Counted from the stretch's first letter, positions 45,939-56,542 are shown. The stretch is DNA of 64,000 nucleotides from Frankiales bacterium (GCA_025465135.1 JAODNA010000049.1:44507-108506); one strand, 5' to 3'. Made by a program: numbers and translations. The notes: generated by a model from the letters alone, not told the origin.

Positions 45939-47207
45939 ATGACGCGGCGAGGAAGGTGGGCCGGGGCCCTGCTCGCCCTCGGGCTCGTGGCGGCCGCCGT
46001 ACCGGCCTTCGCCGCCGGCACCGCGGCCCAGCGCACCTGGAACTTCGACCAGGTGCACATCCCCGCCGCACGGACGGCAGGCCACTCGGGCGCCGGGGTG
46101 ACGGTCGCCGTCCTCGACTCCTGGGTCGACGCTTCCCACCGCGACTTCGAGGGGCGGGTGCTGCCGGGTGCCGACTGCATCGGCGGGACGTGCAAGGACG
46201 GCCCGGCGACCCCCGACAAGTGCGACCACGGCACGCACGTCGCCGGCACCGTGGCCTCCTCCTCGTTCGGGGTTGCCCCGAAGGCGCGGGTCCTGCCGGT
46301 GCGCGTCCTCACCTATGACGCGAAGTCCGGCAACTGCATCGGCCAGCCCGACGACGTCGCGGCCGGGATCCGCTGGGCGGTCGCCCGCGGCGCCCGCATC
46401 CTGAACCTGTCCCTCGGCCCCGACGTCCCCGGCCTGTCCTCGTCGACCGCCATCCCCAGCGCCGTGACGGAAGCCGCGGACGCAGGTGCGGTCGTCATCT
46501 TCTCCGCCGGCAACAGCAGCGCGCCGGTCGCCAACAGCTACGGCTCCGACGCCATCGTCATCGCCGCGACCGCCCGCTCCGGGCAGCTGGCGTCGTACAG
46601 CCAGCGCGGCACGGGCGTCGACCTCGCCGCGCCCGGTGGCGACCCGAAGACCAAGGACACCTGCACGCAGTCCGACTGCGTCACGTCGCTCTACCCGGGC
46701 AACCGCTACGCCGTCGCGGCCGGTACGTCGATGGCGGCGCCCCACGTCAGCGGGATCGCCGCGCTGCTGCTCGCGCAGGACCCGGCGCGCACGCGCGACC
46801 AGGTCATCTCGCGGCTCGAGGACACGGCCCGGCCGCTGGCCCAGGCCGGGCACGGGGTCGTCGACGCCGCCGCCGCACTGGGCGTACCGGCCACCGCTCC
46901 CCGGGCCTCGCAGGCGCCGAGTCCGGTCCCGGTGGTGCGGCCCGCGAAGTCCCCCGTGGCCAAGCCGAGCCCGAAGCCGGTTGCAAGCCGTGTGGCCGCC
47001 CCGCCCAGCCTCGGGCCGGGAAGTCCGAGCCCCACACCGCCGGCGCCGGTGGTCGAAGCGAGTCCTTCGACGGCCGTCGCCGAGCCGCGTGCCACCAGCC
47101 GCTCGGAGCAGGACGAGATCCCGCTCCCCCTCACGCTGCTCGCGGCTGGTCTGGTCACGCTCGCGGGCGCGTCCGTGGCGGCGGTCTGGCGGCCTCGCCG
47201 CCGGTAG
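45939..47207 (+). CDS. S8 (subtilisin-family) serine peptidase with Pro-rich stalk and C-terminal TM anchor
   Basis: Lies in ORF 45261..47207, starting at ATG 45939. The signal peptide is MTRRGRWAGALLALGLVAAAVPAFA. The triad motifs are VAVLDSWVD, HGTHVAGT and GTSMAAPHVSG. The C-terminus is LPLTLLAAGLVTLAGASVAAVWRPRRR. Confidence 0.9.
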   Translation: MTRRGRWAGALLALGLVAAAVPAFAAGTAAQRTWNFDQVHIPAARTAGHSGAGVTVAVLDSWVDASHRDFEGRVLPGADCIGGTCKDGPATPDKCDHGTHVAGTVASSSFGVAPKARVLPVRVLTYDAKSGNCIGQPDDVAAGIRWAVARGARILNLSLGPDVPGLSSSTAIPSAVTEAADAGAVVIFSAGNSSAPVANSYGSDAIVIAATARSGQLASYSQRGTGVDLAAPGGDPKTKDTCTQSDCVTSLYPGNRYAVAAGTSMAAPHVSGIAALLLAQDPARTRDQVISRLEDTARPLAQAGHGVVDAAAALGVPATAPRASQAPSPVPVVRPAKSPVAKPSPKPVASRVAAPPSLGPGSPSPTPPAPVVEASPSTAVAEPRATSRSEQDEIPLPLTLLAAGLVTLAGASVAAVWRPRRR

Positions 47208-47210
47208 CGG

Positions 47211-47708
47211 TCAGCCGATGGTGCGGCGCGCCGTCTCCAGGTGAGCTTCCGCCTGCGAGCGCAGCGCCGGGTCGTCCGGGTCGGTGTCGCGGTCGAAGAC
47301 GAGCTGCCAGTCGAGGACCTCACGGCCGGCCCGGCGGCGCCCGACGATCCGCACCCCGCCCGCCGGCTTGAGCTTCACGTGCGACGTCCACGCGACGCTC
47401 GCGCTGATCCGCGAGCGGACCACCTCGGGCAGGTCGGTGTCGTGGTCGAGATCGAGGTCGAGCTCGTGGGTGCGGCCGCTGCCCTCGCGCTCCGTCAGCT
47501 CGACCAGCCGCAGCGTCGGCTTCTCCCACTGCGCCCGCTCGATCTCGTCCCAGGCCAGGGTCGTGCCGTCGGGCAGGTACAGCGCGCGCGTGCTCGCCAC
47601 CACCGGCTGACCGTCCGGCGTCGTCCCCCACGCGACCCGCCGCTCCCCCGATCCCAGCGCGACCGCCTTCACCGCATCAGGCACGGAGGTACGCCGGAGG
47701 AGAGCCAC
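47211..47708 (-). CDS. Conserved hypothetical protein (third gene after dnaG-rpoD)
   Basis: 165-aa ORF starting at GTG 47708, 9 nt after the rpoD stop. No recognisable motif. Confidence 0.7.
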   Translation of the reverse strand: MALLRRTSVPDAVKAVALGSGERRVAWGTTPDGQPVVASTRALYLPDGTTLAWDEIERAQWEKPTLRLVELTEREGSGRTHELDLDLDHDTDLPEVVRSRISASVAWTSHVKLKPAGGVRIVGRRRAGREVLDWQLVFDRDTDPDDPALRSQAEAHLETARRTIG

Positions 47709-47717
47709 GTCGTGACG

Positions 47718-48935
47718 CTAATCCAGGTAGTCGCGGAGCTTCTGGGAGCGGCTCGGATGGCGCAGCTTGGACAGGGTCTTGGACTCGATCTGGCGGATCC
47801 GCTCACGGGTGACGCCGAACTCCTTGCCGACCTCCTCCAGCGTCCGCGGGTGACCGTCGGTCAGCCCGAAGCGCAGCTGGATGACCTTCTTCTCCCGCTC
47901 GCTCAAGGAGTGCAGGACCGAGTCGAGCTGCTCCTGCAGCAGGATGAACGACGCCGCGTCGATCGGGACGATCGCGTCGGAGTCCTCGATGAAGTCGCCG
48001 AGGTGCGAGTCGTCCTCCTCGCCGATGGGCGTGTCGAGCGAGACGGGCTCCTGCGCGAGCTTCTGGATCTCAAGGACCTTGTCGGGCGGCAGGTCCATCT
48101 CCTTGCCCACCTCTTCGGGCGTCGGCTCGCGGCCGAGGTCCTGCAGCAGCTGGCGCTGGATCCGGATCAGCTTGTTGATCGTCTCGACCATGTGCACAGG
48201 GATGCGGATCGTGCGCGCTTGGTCGGCGATCGCGCGCGTGATCGCCTGCCGGATCCACCACGTCGCGTAGGTCGAGAACTTGTAGCCCTTGGTGTAGTCG
48301 AACTTCTCGACCGCGCGGATCAGCCCGAGGTTGCCCTCCTGGATCAGGTCGAGGAAGAGCATGCCGCGGCCGACGTAGCGCTTCGCGATCGACACGACCA
48401 GCCGCAGGTTGGCCTCGACGAGCCGGCGCTTGGCGATCGAGCCGTCGTACTCGATGGCCTCGAGGTCACGCCGCAGCGCAGCAGGCACGCGCATCGTCAC
48501 GAGCTTCTCGGAGGCGAACAACCCGGCCTCGATCCGCTTCGCGAGGTCGACCTCCTCCTCGGCCGTGAGCAGCGCGACCTTGCCGATCTCCTTGAGGTAC
48601 ATCCGGACGGGGTCGTTGGTGGGACTCGCCTTCAGGGCGAGCTCCTCCTCCTTGCGCAGCCGCGCCTCGTCCTTCTCCGCGGCCTCGAGCTCCTCGCCGG
48701 AGTCGATGATCTCGATGCCCTCGTCGTTGATCACGGCGAGCACGGAGTCCATCGCCTCGGGCGTGATCTCGGCCGCCGCGAGCACCGTGCCGACCTCGTC
48801 GGCCGACAGGAAGCCGGCCTCCTTGCCCCGAGCGATCAGCGATCGGACCTCATCGACCTGCGCCTCCCTCGGCAGTGTGGCCAAGGGCTGAGGCGGTACG
48901 ACGACTGTCGCGACGACACGCTCGGGTGCGATCAC
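47718..48935 (-). CDS. rpoD: Principal RNA polymerase sigma factor (RpoD/SigA/HrdB type)
   Basis: Region 1.2 is [29 protein letters not shown]. Region 2 is [38 protein letters not shown]. Region 4 is [15 protein letters not shown]...[33 protein letters not shown] 48935 is preceded by GGAG. Confidence 0.95.
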   Translation of the reverse strand: MIAPERVVATVVVPPQPLATLPREAQVDEVRSLIARGKEAGFLSADEVGTVLAAAEITPEAMDSVLAVINDEGIEIIDSGEELEAAEKDEARLRKEEELALKASPTNDPVRMYLKEIGKVALLTAEEEVDLAKRIEAGLFASEKLVTMRVPAALRRDLEAIEYDGSIAKRRLVEANLRLVVSIAKRYVGRGMLFLDLIQEGNLGLIRAVEKFDYTKGYKFSTYATWWIRQAITRAIADQARTIRIPVHMVETINKLIRIQRQLLQDLGREPTPEEVGKEMDLPPDKVLEIQKLAQEPVSLDTPIGEEDDSHLGDFIEDSDAIVPIDAASFILLQEQLDSVLHSLSEREKKVIQLRFGLTDGHPRTLEEVGKEFGVTRERIRQIESKTLSKLRHPSRSQKLRDYLD

Positions 48936-50779
48936 AAGGCTCCGATCCCTCGCTCACGATGCGAGCGGGCCGTCTGCTCGAGGCGTATCAGCTCAGTGAA
49001 CAACGCGTTGTACTTCTCAGGGTCCTCCACGGGGTTGACCCGTTGGAGCCGTGGCTTCAGCTCGGTCACCTTGCGGGTCACGGCGTGCTCCTGCACGCGC
49101 GCCAGCACGGCGCCGGCGTAGCGCTCGTCGGGCGGGTTGTCGCTGCGCAGCCCTTCGACGGCGAGCATCGTCACGTGCTGGCGGACCCGGTCGTCGGGGC
49201 ACTGCTCGAGGAGCTTGGTCACCCACGCCTCGCCGCCCGACGACGTCGCCGCACCGCCGGCCGCGATCACGACCTGGTGCACCGCACGGAGGTCGTCGTC
49301 CGTGAACACCTCTTCCCCGAGAGCGTCGTAGAGAGGCCCCGCCAGCACCGGCAGCTGCACCGCGAGCTTGACTGCCTCGCGCTCAACAGCGACCGCGGCC
49401 GCATCGGCCGACCGCGCCGGCGACGTCGTACGGCGCTGGTGGGGTGCGCGGGTGTCGCCCGCGAGCTCGGCGACCCGCGAGGCCACCGGCTCGACCTCCA
49501 TGCCCATCCAGCCGGCGAGGCGGCGGGCGTACTCCGGCCGCAGCGCGCGGTCCTTGATCTTGGCGACGAGCGGCGCGGTGGTCTGCATCGCCTGGACCCG
49601 GCCCTCGGCGGTCTCGAGGTCGTACTTCGCGAGCATCGACTTGATCGCGAACTCCACCAGGGGCACCCGGCTCGCGACGACGTCGCGCACCGCGACATCG
49701 CCCTTGGCCAGGCGGAGGTCGCACGGGTCCATCCCGTCCGGGCTGATCGCGACGTAGGTCTGCGCGACGAACTTCTGCTCGTCGCCGAAGGCCTTCAGCG
49801 CCGCCTTCTGCCCCGCGTCGTCACCGTCGAAGGTGAAGATGACTTCGCCGCGGAACTCGTCCTGGTCCATGAGCAGCCGGCGGATCACCTGGATGTGGTC
49901 GGCACCGAAGGCGGTGCCACACGTGGCGACGGCGGTCGGTACGCCGGCGAGATGCATCGCCATCACGTCGGTGTAGCCCTCGACGACCACGGCCTGCCGG
50001 CGCCGGGCGATCTCCTTCTTCGCCGCGTCGACGCCGTACAGGACGTGCGACTTCTTGTAGATCGGCGTCTCCGGGCTGTTGAGGTACTTCGGCCCGTTGT
50101 CGCTCTCGTGCAGCCGCCGCGCACCGAAGCCGATGATGTCGCCGGTGATGTCGCGGATCGGCCAGGTGAGCCGGCCGCGGAAGCGGTCGATCGGGCCGCG
50201 CTTGCCCTCGGAGGCGAGTCCGGCCGTGAGGAGCTCCTCCCCCGAGAACCCCTTGCCGCGAAGATGGACGATCAGGTGGTCCCAGCCGTTGGGCGCGTAG
50301 CCGACGCCGAACTGCTCGGCCGCTGCCTGGTCGAAGCCGCGCTCGGCCAGGAAGCTGCGTCCGATCACGGCCTCCTCACCGGCGAGGTGCTCGACGAAGA
50401 ACTCCTGCGCCAACCGGTGGGCCTCCACCAGTCGCGTGCGCTGGCCGGTGTTGCGGCCGGTTGCGGAGCCGCCCTGCTCGTACTGCAGCTGCACGCCGTA
50501 GCGACCCGCCAGGTGCTCGACCGCCTCGACGAACGACAGGTGGTCGTTCTCCCGGACAAAGGTGATGACGTCACCCGACTGCCCACAGCCGAAGCAGTGG
50601 AACATGTTGAGCGCGGGGTTGACGTTGAACGACGGGGTCTTCTCGTCGTGGAAGGGGCACAGGCCCTTCAGCCGGCCACCGCCGGCGCTGCGCAGCTGGA
50701 CGCTCTCACCGATGACGTCGGCGATCGGCGCGCGCTCGCGCACCAGGACCACGTCCTCGTCGCGGATGCGCCCGGCCAC
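48932..50779 (-). CDS. dnaG: DNA primase DnaG
   Basis: Lies in ORF 48932..51733. GTG 50779 is preceded by GGAGG. The zinc ribbon is [30 protein letters not shown]. Also present are RLTWPIRD and the TOPRIM motifs [11 protein letters not shown] and [11 protein letters not shown]. Confidence 0.95.
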   Translation of the reverse strand: MAGRIRDEDVVLVRERAPIADVIGESVQLRSAGGGRLKGLCPFHDEKTPSFNVNPALNMFHCFGCGQSGDVITFVRENDHLSFVEAVEHLAGRYGVQLQYEQGGSATGRNTGQRTRLVEAHRLAQEFFVEHLAGEEAVIGRSFLAERGFDQAAAEQFGVGYAPNGWDHLIVHLRGKGFSGEELLTAGLASEGKRGPIDRFRGRLTWPIRDITGDIIGFGARRLHESDNGPKYLNSPETPIYKKSHVLYGVDAAKKEIARRRQAVVVEGYTDVMAMHLAGVPTAVATCGTAFGADHIQVIRRLLMDQDEFRGEVIFTFDGDDAGQKAALKAFGDEQKFVAQTYVAISPDGMDPCDLRLAKGDVAVRDVVASRVPLVEFAIKSMLAKYDLETAEGRVQAMQTTAPLVAKIKDRALRPEYARRLAGWMGMEVEPVASRVAELAGDTRAPHQRRTTSPARSADAAAVAVEREAVKLAVQLPVLAGPLYDALGEEVFTDDDLRAVHQVVIAAGGAATSSGGEAWVTKLLEQCPDDRVRQHVTMLAVEGLRSDNPPDERYAGAVLARVQEHAVTRKVTELKPRLQRVNPVEDPEKYNALFTELIRLEQTARSHRERGIGAL

Positions 50780-50872
50780 TCGACCTCCTGCCTCCCCCGG
50801 CTGCACGCCGAACTTGCGGGCGGCTTGGGGGAAGGGCCCGATGGGGCAGTCTAAGCCCCCTAGGCTTCCGAT

Positions 50873-52648
50873 ATGCCCTCCTTGTTGCTGTCCCGCCGTG
50901 ACCTGGACTTCCTGCTCTACGAGTGGCTCGACGTCGAGCTCCTGACGAAGCGGGCCAGGTACGCCGAGCACTCGCGGGAGACCTTCGACAGCGTGCTCGA
51001 CCTGTCCGAGCAGATGGCGACCAGGCACTTCAGGCCCCACAACAAGAAGAGCGACGCCAACGAGCCGACCTTCGACGGCGAGCGGGTGCACCTCATCCCC
51101 GAGGTCAAGGCCGCGCTCGACGTCTTCGCGCAGAGCGGGCTGGTCGCCAGCTCCATGAATCACGAGATCGGCGGGATGCAGCTGCCGAGCGTCGTCGCCG
51201 GCGCCTGCTTCGCGTGGTTCCAGGCCGCCAACGTCGGCACGTCGTCGTACCCGTTCTTGACGATCGGGAATGCCAACCTGCTGCAGAAGTACGGCACCCC
51301 GGAGATCGTCGACGCCTACGTGCGGCCGATGGTCGAGGGCCGGTTCTTCGGCACGATGTGCCTGAGTGAGCCGCAGGCCGGGTCGTCGCTGTCCGACGTG
51401 ACGACGCGGGCCGAGCCGCAGGACGACGGGACCTACCGCCTCTTCGGCAACAAGATGTGGATCTCCGGCGGCGAGCACGAGCTGTCGGAGAACATCGTGC
51501 ATCTCGTCCTCGCGAAGATCCCTGGCGGGCCGGCTGGCGTGAAGGGCATCTCGCTGTTCGTCGTACCGAAGCACGTTGTCGAGACCGGCGAGCGCAACGA
51601 CGTCGTGCTCGCGGGGCTGAACCACAAGATGGGCTACCGGGGTACCACGAACACCCTGCTCAACTTCGGCGAGGGCGTGCACCGGCCCGGCGGAGAGCCG
51701 GGGGCCGTCGGCTTCCTCGTCGGTGAGCAGCACCGCGGCCTGGCCTACATGTTCACGATGATGAACGAGGCACGCATCGGCGTCGGCTCCGGCGCGATGT
51801 CACTCGGCTACACCGGCTACCTGCAGTCGCTGGACTACGCGCGCAACCGGCCGCAGGGCAGGCCGATCGCGTCGAAGGACCCGACGCAGCCGCAGGTGCC
51901 GATCATCGAGCACGCGGATGTGAAGCGGATGCTGCTGGCGCAGAAGTCGTACGTCGAAGGAGCGCTGGCGCTGCTCCTCTACTGCAACCGCCTCGTCGAC
52001 GAGGAGCGGACTGCGGACAGCGATGAGGACCGGGCCCGCGCGACGCTGCTGCTCGACGTGCTGACCCCGATCGCGAAGTCCTGGCCGTCGCAGTGGTGCC
52101 TCGAGGCCAACAGCCTCGCCATCCAGGTCCTCGGCGGCTACGGCTACACCCGCGAGTACGACGTCGAGCAGCTCTACCGCGACAACCGCCTCAACCCCAT
52201 CCACGAGGGAACCCACGGCATCCAGGGCCTCGACCTCCTGGGCCGCAAGGTCGTCATGCAGGGAGGTGCCGGACTCCAGCTGCTGGCCCAGACGATCAAG
52301 GCAACGACCGAGCGGGCCGGTGGCGCCGAGCGCAGCGAGGCCGCCGCTCTCCAAAGCGCGCTCGAACGCGTGGTGCAGGTCACCGCGGCGCTGTGGTCCA
52401 CGGGCGACCCGGAGACCGCGCTGGCCAACTCGTCCGTCTACCTCGAGGCGGTCGGCCACATCGTGGTGGCCTGGATCTGGCTGGAGCAGCTGCTCGCGGC
52501 CGAGGGCCGGACAGGCGACTTCTACGACGGCAAGCGGCAGGCGGCGCGGTACTTCTTCCGCTACGAGCTGCCGAAGACCGGCCCGATGCTCGATCTGCTG
52601 GCCAGCCTGGACCGGACCACCGTGGAGATGTCGGACAGCTGGTTCTAG
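50873..52648 (+). CDS. Long acyl-CoA dehydrogenase (about 590 aa)
   Basis: Motifs are GTMCLSEPQAGSSLSD, FGNKMWISGGEH, MGYRGTTNTLLNFG and VLGGYGYTREYDVEQLYRDNRLNPIHEGTHGIQ. There is a C-terminal extension. Confidence 0.9.
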   Translation: MPSLLLSRRDLDFLLYEWLDVELLTKRARYAEHSRETFDSVLDLSEQMATRHFRPHNKKSDANEPTFDGERVHLIPEVKAALDVFAQSGLVASSMNHEIGGMQLPSVVAGACFAWFQAANVGTSSYPFLTIGNANLLQKYGTPEIVDAYVRPMVEGRFFGTMCLSEPQAGSSLSDVTTRAEPQDDGTYRLFGNKMWISGGEHELSENIVHLVLAKIPGGPAGVKGISLFVVPKHVVETGERNDVVLAGLNHKMGYRGTTNTLLNFGEGVHRPGGEPGAVGFLVGEQHRGLAYMFTMMNEARIGVGSGAMSLGYTGYLQSLDYARNRPQGRPIASKDPTQPQVPIIEHADVKRMLLAQKSYVEGALALLLYCNRLVDEERTADSDEDRARATLLLDVLTPIAKSWPSQWCLEANSLAIQVLGGYGYTREYDVEQLYRDNRLNPIHEGTHGIQGLDLLGRKVVMQGGAGLQLLAQTIKATTERAGGAERSEAAALQSALERVVQVTAALWSTGDPETALANSSVYLEAVGHIVVAWIWLEQLLAAEGRTGDFYDGKRQAARYFFRYELPKTGPMLDLLASLDRTTVEMSDSWF

Positions 52649-52736
52649 GCAGGGATCTTCCGGGGTACGCCGAAACCAGATCCGACCCGAGTCGTTGATC
52701 AACGTGGCGCGCCCGCGCCCGGAGCCAAGGGGAGAC

Positions 52737-53609
52737 GTGTCGCAGGTCCGCCGCATGCTCGCGCTGCTCGTGACGGTCGCTGTGGCCGTCCTCGCTGCGC
52801 CTGCCTCCGCGGCCCCGGTGGGCGGCATCGACGCCACCATCGCGACGCCGTACGCCGGCCAGGTCCGGACCTTCAACCTCTACGTCGCTCCCCGCGTGCC
52901 GGTGCAGACGCCGGTGCCGTTGCTGATCGTCCTGCACGGGCTCTACCTCGACCCTGCGAGCGCCGAGGCGAGCAGCGGCCTCGATGCCGTCGCCGACAAC
53001 GAGGACGTCGCGCTCGCCTACCCGGCGGGCGTGCAGGGCAGCTGGAACGCCGGCACCTGCTGCGGCGACAGCCATGCGCAGGGCATGGACGACGTGGGCT
53101 TCCTCGTCCAGGTGGTGCGTCTGGTCCAGAAGATCCGGCCGATCGATCTCGACCGCGTCTACATCGCCGGCTTCTCCAACGGCGGCATGATGGCGCTGAA
53201 GGCCGTCTGCAACCGTCCTGACGTCTTCGCGGGCGCCGTCTCGGCATCGGGTCCGCTGCAGGCCCCCTGTCTCGGCCGGCGGCCGGTCAACGCGATGATC
53301 ATCCACGGCCTGCGCGACACGACCGTGCCGTACGACGGCGAGGCACACAGCACGTTCCTCGGCGTGCCGGTCAGGTCCGCGCCCGCGTCCGCGGCAATGC
53401 TGGCGGCCCGGTCGGGATGCACGGCGCGACACACGTCGAGTGCGAAGCGCTACCTGCGGATGGACTACCGCGGCTGCTCCGAGCGCACCTCGGTGCAGCT
53501 GATCACGGTCCCGGCCATGGGCCACCGATGGCCGACCGCACAGCACGACGGCGTCGACGGCGGAGCGCTCGCATGGCGGTTCCTGCAGGCGCAGCGCCGC
53601 CTCGACTAG
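52737..53609 (+). CDS. Secreted LpqC/PHB-depolymerase-family esterase (paralog of 471..1364)
   Basis: Lies in ORF 52266..53609. GTG 52737 lies 6 nt after AAGGGGAG. The signal peptide is [25 protein letters not shown]. Motifs are [17 protein letters not shown] and GFSNGGM. Confidence 0.85.
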   Translation: MSQVRRMLALLVTVAVAVLAAPASAAPVGGIDATIATPYAGQVRTFNLYVAPRVPVQTPVPLLIVLHGLYLDPASAEASSGLDAVADNEDVALAYPAGVQGSWNAGTCCGDSHAQGMDDVGFLVQVVRLVQKIRPIDLDRVYIAGFSNGGMMALKAVCNRPDVFAGAVSASGPLQAPCLGRRPVNAMIIHGLRDTTVPYDGEAHSTFLGVPVRSAPASAAMLAARSGCTARHTSSAKRYLRMDYRGCSERTSVQLITVPAMGHRWPTAQHDGVDGGALAWRFLQAQRRLD

Positions 53610-54790
53610 CTCAGCTGCCGGTGCAACGCGGCCGCGGCCGCATCGGTCAGCCCCGCGACCTGGTCCACGACCACGCGCAGCCGCATGGTGTCGTCGCCGG
53701 CCGACGTCCAGGCCTCGGCGTACGACGGCTCGAGGGGCCCTGGCGCCTGGTCCGCGAGCAGCGACACCAGCTCGGAGACGACCTGGCGCTCCCGCTCCTG
53801 GACCACGCGCACCCCCGGCCGGTCCATGACGTAGCGCGCGGTCACCGCTTTCAGCACCGCGCACTCGGCGCGGGCGGTCTCCGGCACGACGAGATCAGCG
53901 TCGTAGCGCGTCAGCGGCCCGTCGCCGTGCGCTGCGCGCGTCCGGTCCTCCGCCGCCCGGCAGAAGCGCCCGATCAGCGAGCTGGTCGCGGACTTCAACG
54001 CGACCTGCGCGCCGGAGGAGCCGTCGTACTGCCGCGGCCACCAGGGCTGGGCCAGCAGCTCCTCCAGCGCGGCGCCCAGGTCGGCCGCTGGCTCGGAGTA
54101 GGCACGAGCGGCTGCGATCACCGCGTCGCGGTCGCCGGCGAGAGCGTCCAGGGGGATCAGGCCGGCCACGACGCCGTCCTCGAGGTCGTGGACCGAGTAG
54201 GCCACGTCATCGGCCCAGTCCATGACCTGCGTCTCCAGGCAGCGCCGCCCTTCGGGTGCCCCCGCACGGAGCCACGCGAAGATCGGCTCGTCGTCGTCGT
54301 ACACGCCGTACTTCGGGCCATCGCCCTTGCGCCACGGGTACTTCGTCGCGGCGTCGAGCGTCGCGCGGGTGAGGTTGAGCCCCGCACCCGGGACCTTCAC
54401 CTCGAGCCGGCTGAGCAGCCGCAGCGACTGCGCGTTGCCCTCGAACCCGCCGCACGCCTTGGCCGCGTCGTCGAGCGCGGTCTCGCCGTTGTGACCGTAC
54501 GGCGGGTGCCCCAGGTCGTGGGCCAGGCAGGCCGTGTCGACGAGATCCGGGTCGCAGCCGAGCGCCGCCCCGAGCTCGCGGCCGACCTGCGCGCACTCGA
54601 GGGAGTGGGTCAGCCGAGTGCGCGGGACGCTGGCGCTGCTCGGCTCGACCACCTGCGTCTTGCCGGCAAGACGGCGCAACGCGCTGCTGTGGAGGACGCG
54701 TGCGCGGTCGCGCGCGAACGCCCCACGACCCGACTGCGACGGTGACTCGGGGACGAGCCGCTCCGCGTCGACGTCGTCGTAGCCAGGCAT
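53606..54790 (-). CDS. dgt: dGTP triphosphohydrolase-like HD-domain protein (Dgt)
   Basis: Lies in ORF 53606..54865, starting at ATG 54790. Motifs are [39 protein letters not shown] and [15 protein letters not shown]. Confidence 0.9.
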   Translation of the reverse strand: MPGYDDVDAERLVPESPSQSGRGAFARDRARVLHSSALRRLAGKTQVVEPSSASVPRTRLTHSLECAQVGRELGAALGCDPDLVDTACLAHDLGHPPYGHNGETALDDAAKACGGFEGNAQSLRLLSRLEVKVPGAGLNLTRATLDAATKYPWRKGDGPKYGVYDDDEPIFAWLRAGAPEGRRCLETQVMDWADDVAYSVHDLEDGVVAGLIPLDALAGDRDAVIAAARAYSEPAADLGAALEELLAQPWWPRQYDGSSGAQVALKSATSSLIGRFCRAAEDRTRAAHGDGPLTRYDADLVVPETARAECAVLKAVTARYVMDRPGVRVVQERERQVVSELVSLLADQAPGPLEPSYAEAWTSAGDDTMRLRVVVDQVAGLTDAAAAALHRQLS

Positions 54791-54800
54791 TGCAGCGAGC

Positions 54801-55148
54801 CTACGGCGTGGCGACCTCCCACGGGCGGGTGTCGGTCGCCGCGCTGTCGATGCGCCCGTCCGCACCGCGGGTGATGTTGACGCGAGCCCAGATGAGGTCG
54901 GCTCGGCGCCCTGCGAAGCCGGTGTGGTCCTTGAGGATCCGGCCCTCCCGGGCGGCGACGGCTTCGGCCTCCGGGATCGTCAGGCCGAGGTAGTGGTCGG
55001 TGGGCAGCAGGATCACGGCGACGGCGCCTCGCATGCCCTCCGCGAACTCCTCGAACGTCGTGGGCCGGTCACTCGGCTCAGGCGGGTGCTCGCGCATCAG
55101 GGTCTCGGCGAGGTCGAGCCGCTCCTTCAGCCACTCCTCCGGCGTCAT
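54801..55148 (-). CDS. Hypothetical protein (115 aa)
   Basis: Lies in ORF 54801..55664. ATG 55148 forms an ATGA overlap with the stop of the upstream lipoprotein gene. The translation is [21 protein letters not shown]...[21 protein letters not shown]. No confident family. Confidence 0.55.
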   Translation of the reverse strand: MTPEEWLKERLDLAETLMREHPPEPSDRPTTFEEFAEGMRGAVAVILLPTDHYLGLTIPEAEAVAAREGRILKDHTGFAGRRADLIWARVNITRGADGRIDSAATDTRPWEVATP

Positions 55149-55717
55149 GGCCGGTACTGCTCCTCGATCCCGACGACGAGGCCGTTCTCGACGTCGAAGT
55201 GGAACAAGGGCTTGCGCTCCGTGGGCGTGTGCAGGTAGGTCAGCCACTGCGTCACGGTGACCGCGCGGGGCGTGTCCGCATGGGCGTTGTCGACGCGCCA
55301 GATGTGCACGGCGCCGGCGAGGACGTAGCGCCTGGTCCTGGGGTTGTTGTTCACGAGGAAGTAGTCGTTGGCGTAGTCCTGGCCGGCCGCAGCGGCCGCC
55401 TTCTCGCCCTCGTCGCCGGAGAGCATGTCGACGCGGTCGACGTCGACCGAGACCCGACCCTGGGACCGGATCGCCCTGACCACGAGGCCGAACTCGTCGG
55501 TCTCGGCGAGCCTCACGGTCGGGGCGGACTTGATGCCCGCGACGGCTGCGCGCGTCGCAGGAGCGGAGGGCAGATCCGCGGCGGGCGACGACGACGACGA
55601 CTCCGGAACCGCGAGCGGGGCGCGGGCGGGCGACGCCGTACAGGCAGCGAGCAACGGTGCGCACAGCAGCGCCACGGCCAGTTGCCTGCAGCGGCGCACC
55701 ACCTCCGAAGCATGCAC
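55145..55717 (-). CDS. Lipoprotein (hypothetical)
   Basis: Lies in ORF 55145..56011. Candidate GTG starts are 55717, 55702 and 55699. The N-terminus ...RRCRQLAVALLCAPLLAAC carries the lipobox LLAAC. Confidence 0.65.
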   Translation of the reverse strand: MHASEVVRRCRQLAVALLCAPLLAACTASPARAPLAVPESSSSSPAADLPSAPATRAAVAGIKSAPTVRLAETDEFGLVVRAIRSQGRVSVDVDRVDMLSGDEGEKAAAAAGQDYANDYFLVNNNPRTRRYVLAGAVHIWRVDNAHADTPRAVTVTQWLTYLHTPTERKPLFHFDVENGLVVGIEEQYRP

Positions 55718-55762
55718 CGAAAACCGCTTGCCCGCGCCCTTCTCAGTGACTCTGATGCAGCC

Positions 55763-56542
55763 GTGACACCCACGCCGTACGACGAGCTGAACGCCCTGCT
55801 CACGGACCTCGTCCGGCGCGCGTCGAGCGTTCTCGGCGACAACTTCCACGGTGCCTACGTGCAAGGGTCGTTCGCTCTCGACGCCGGCGACCTGCAGAGC
55901 GACTGCGACTTCCTGGTGACGACGCGGGCGCCGTTGACCGCCGAGCAGGAGGCCGGCATCCGTGCGCTGCATGACGAGATCCCGACCCGGCCCGGGCACT
56001 GGACGCACCACCTCGAAGGCTCGTACGCCGTCGCCGACGAGCTGCGATCGGTCTCATCCCTCGGCCGCGCATGGCTGTTCGTCGACCACGGGTGGCGCGA
56101 GATGTCGTGGTCGACCCACTGCAACAGCGAGGTCGCGCGCTGGATCACGCGCGAGCGCGGCATCACCCTTGCCGGACCGGGCCCGCAGTCGGTGATCGAC
56201 GTCGTACCGCCGTCGGCCCTGCGTTCCGCCATGAAGGAGCAGATCCCCAGGCTGCTCGACGACCTCGCAACGTGGGTCAGCCTCGACCTCGCCTGGGGCC
56301 AGCGCTACGCCGTCACCACGTACGCCCGGATGCTCTACACGCTCGAGACCGCCGAGGTCGCGTCGAAGGCAGGCGCCCTGATCTGGGCCCACGCCGCGTT
56401 GGACCCCGCCTGGCAACCCCTGCTGGAGCAGACCTTCCTCGACCGGCCGCTCGGCTTCGACCCCGACGCCACGGCCCGCCCCGGCAGCGTCGCGCAGACC
56501 CGAGCCTTCGCCCGGTACGCCGAGTCGCTCGCGGCGGGCTAG
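55763..56542 (+). CDS. Nucleotidyltransferase-domain protein, aminoglycoside adenylyltransferase (ANT/AadA, DUF4111)-like
   Basis: Lies in ORF 55199..56542, starting at GTG 55763. The NTase motif is GAYVQGSFALDAGDLQSDCDFLV (G-S...D-x-D). Its length of about 259 aa and helical C-terminal half fit AadA-type enzymes. The substrate is unverified. Confidence 0.8.
   Translation: MTPTPYDELNALLTDLVRRASSVLGDNFHGAYVQGSFALDAGDLQSDCDFLVTTRAPLTAEQEAGIRALHDEIPTRPGHWTHHLEGSYAVADELRSVSSLGRAWLFVDHGWREMSWSTHCNSEVARWITRERGITLAGPGPQSVIDVVPPSALRSAMKEQIPRLLDDLATWVSLDLAWGQRYAVTTYARMLYTLETAEVASKAGALIWAHAALDPAWQPLLEQTFLDRPLGFDPDATARPGSVAQTRAFARYAESLAAG

Noticed and set aside
45939-47207. Calling the S8 protease a type VII secretion mycosin
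   Set aside because: The topology fits, but there are no ESX core genes (eccB/C/D/E, esx) anywhere in the window, and family-specific motifs cannot be verified by eye.
48932-51733. 933-aa version of dnaG (longest ORF), and similar N-terminal over-extensions of other genes (e.g. 45261-47207, 43337-44692, 55199-56542, 60483-62441, 21099-22517, 28597-29925)
   Set aside because: The upstream extensions translate to Arg/Pro-rich sequence and collide with neighbouring genes. Internal ATG/GTG codons preceded by GGAGG-like sites, or forming ATGA/GTGA overlaps, give N-termini that match family expectations such as signal peptides, a zinc ribbon near the N-terminus, or the MTD heads.
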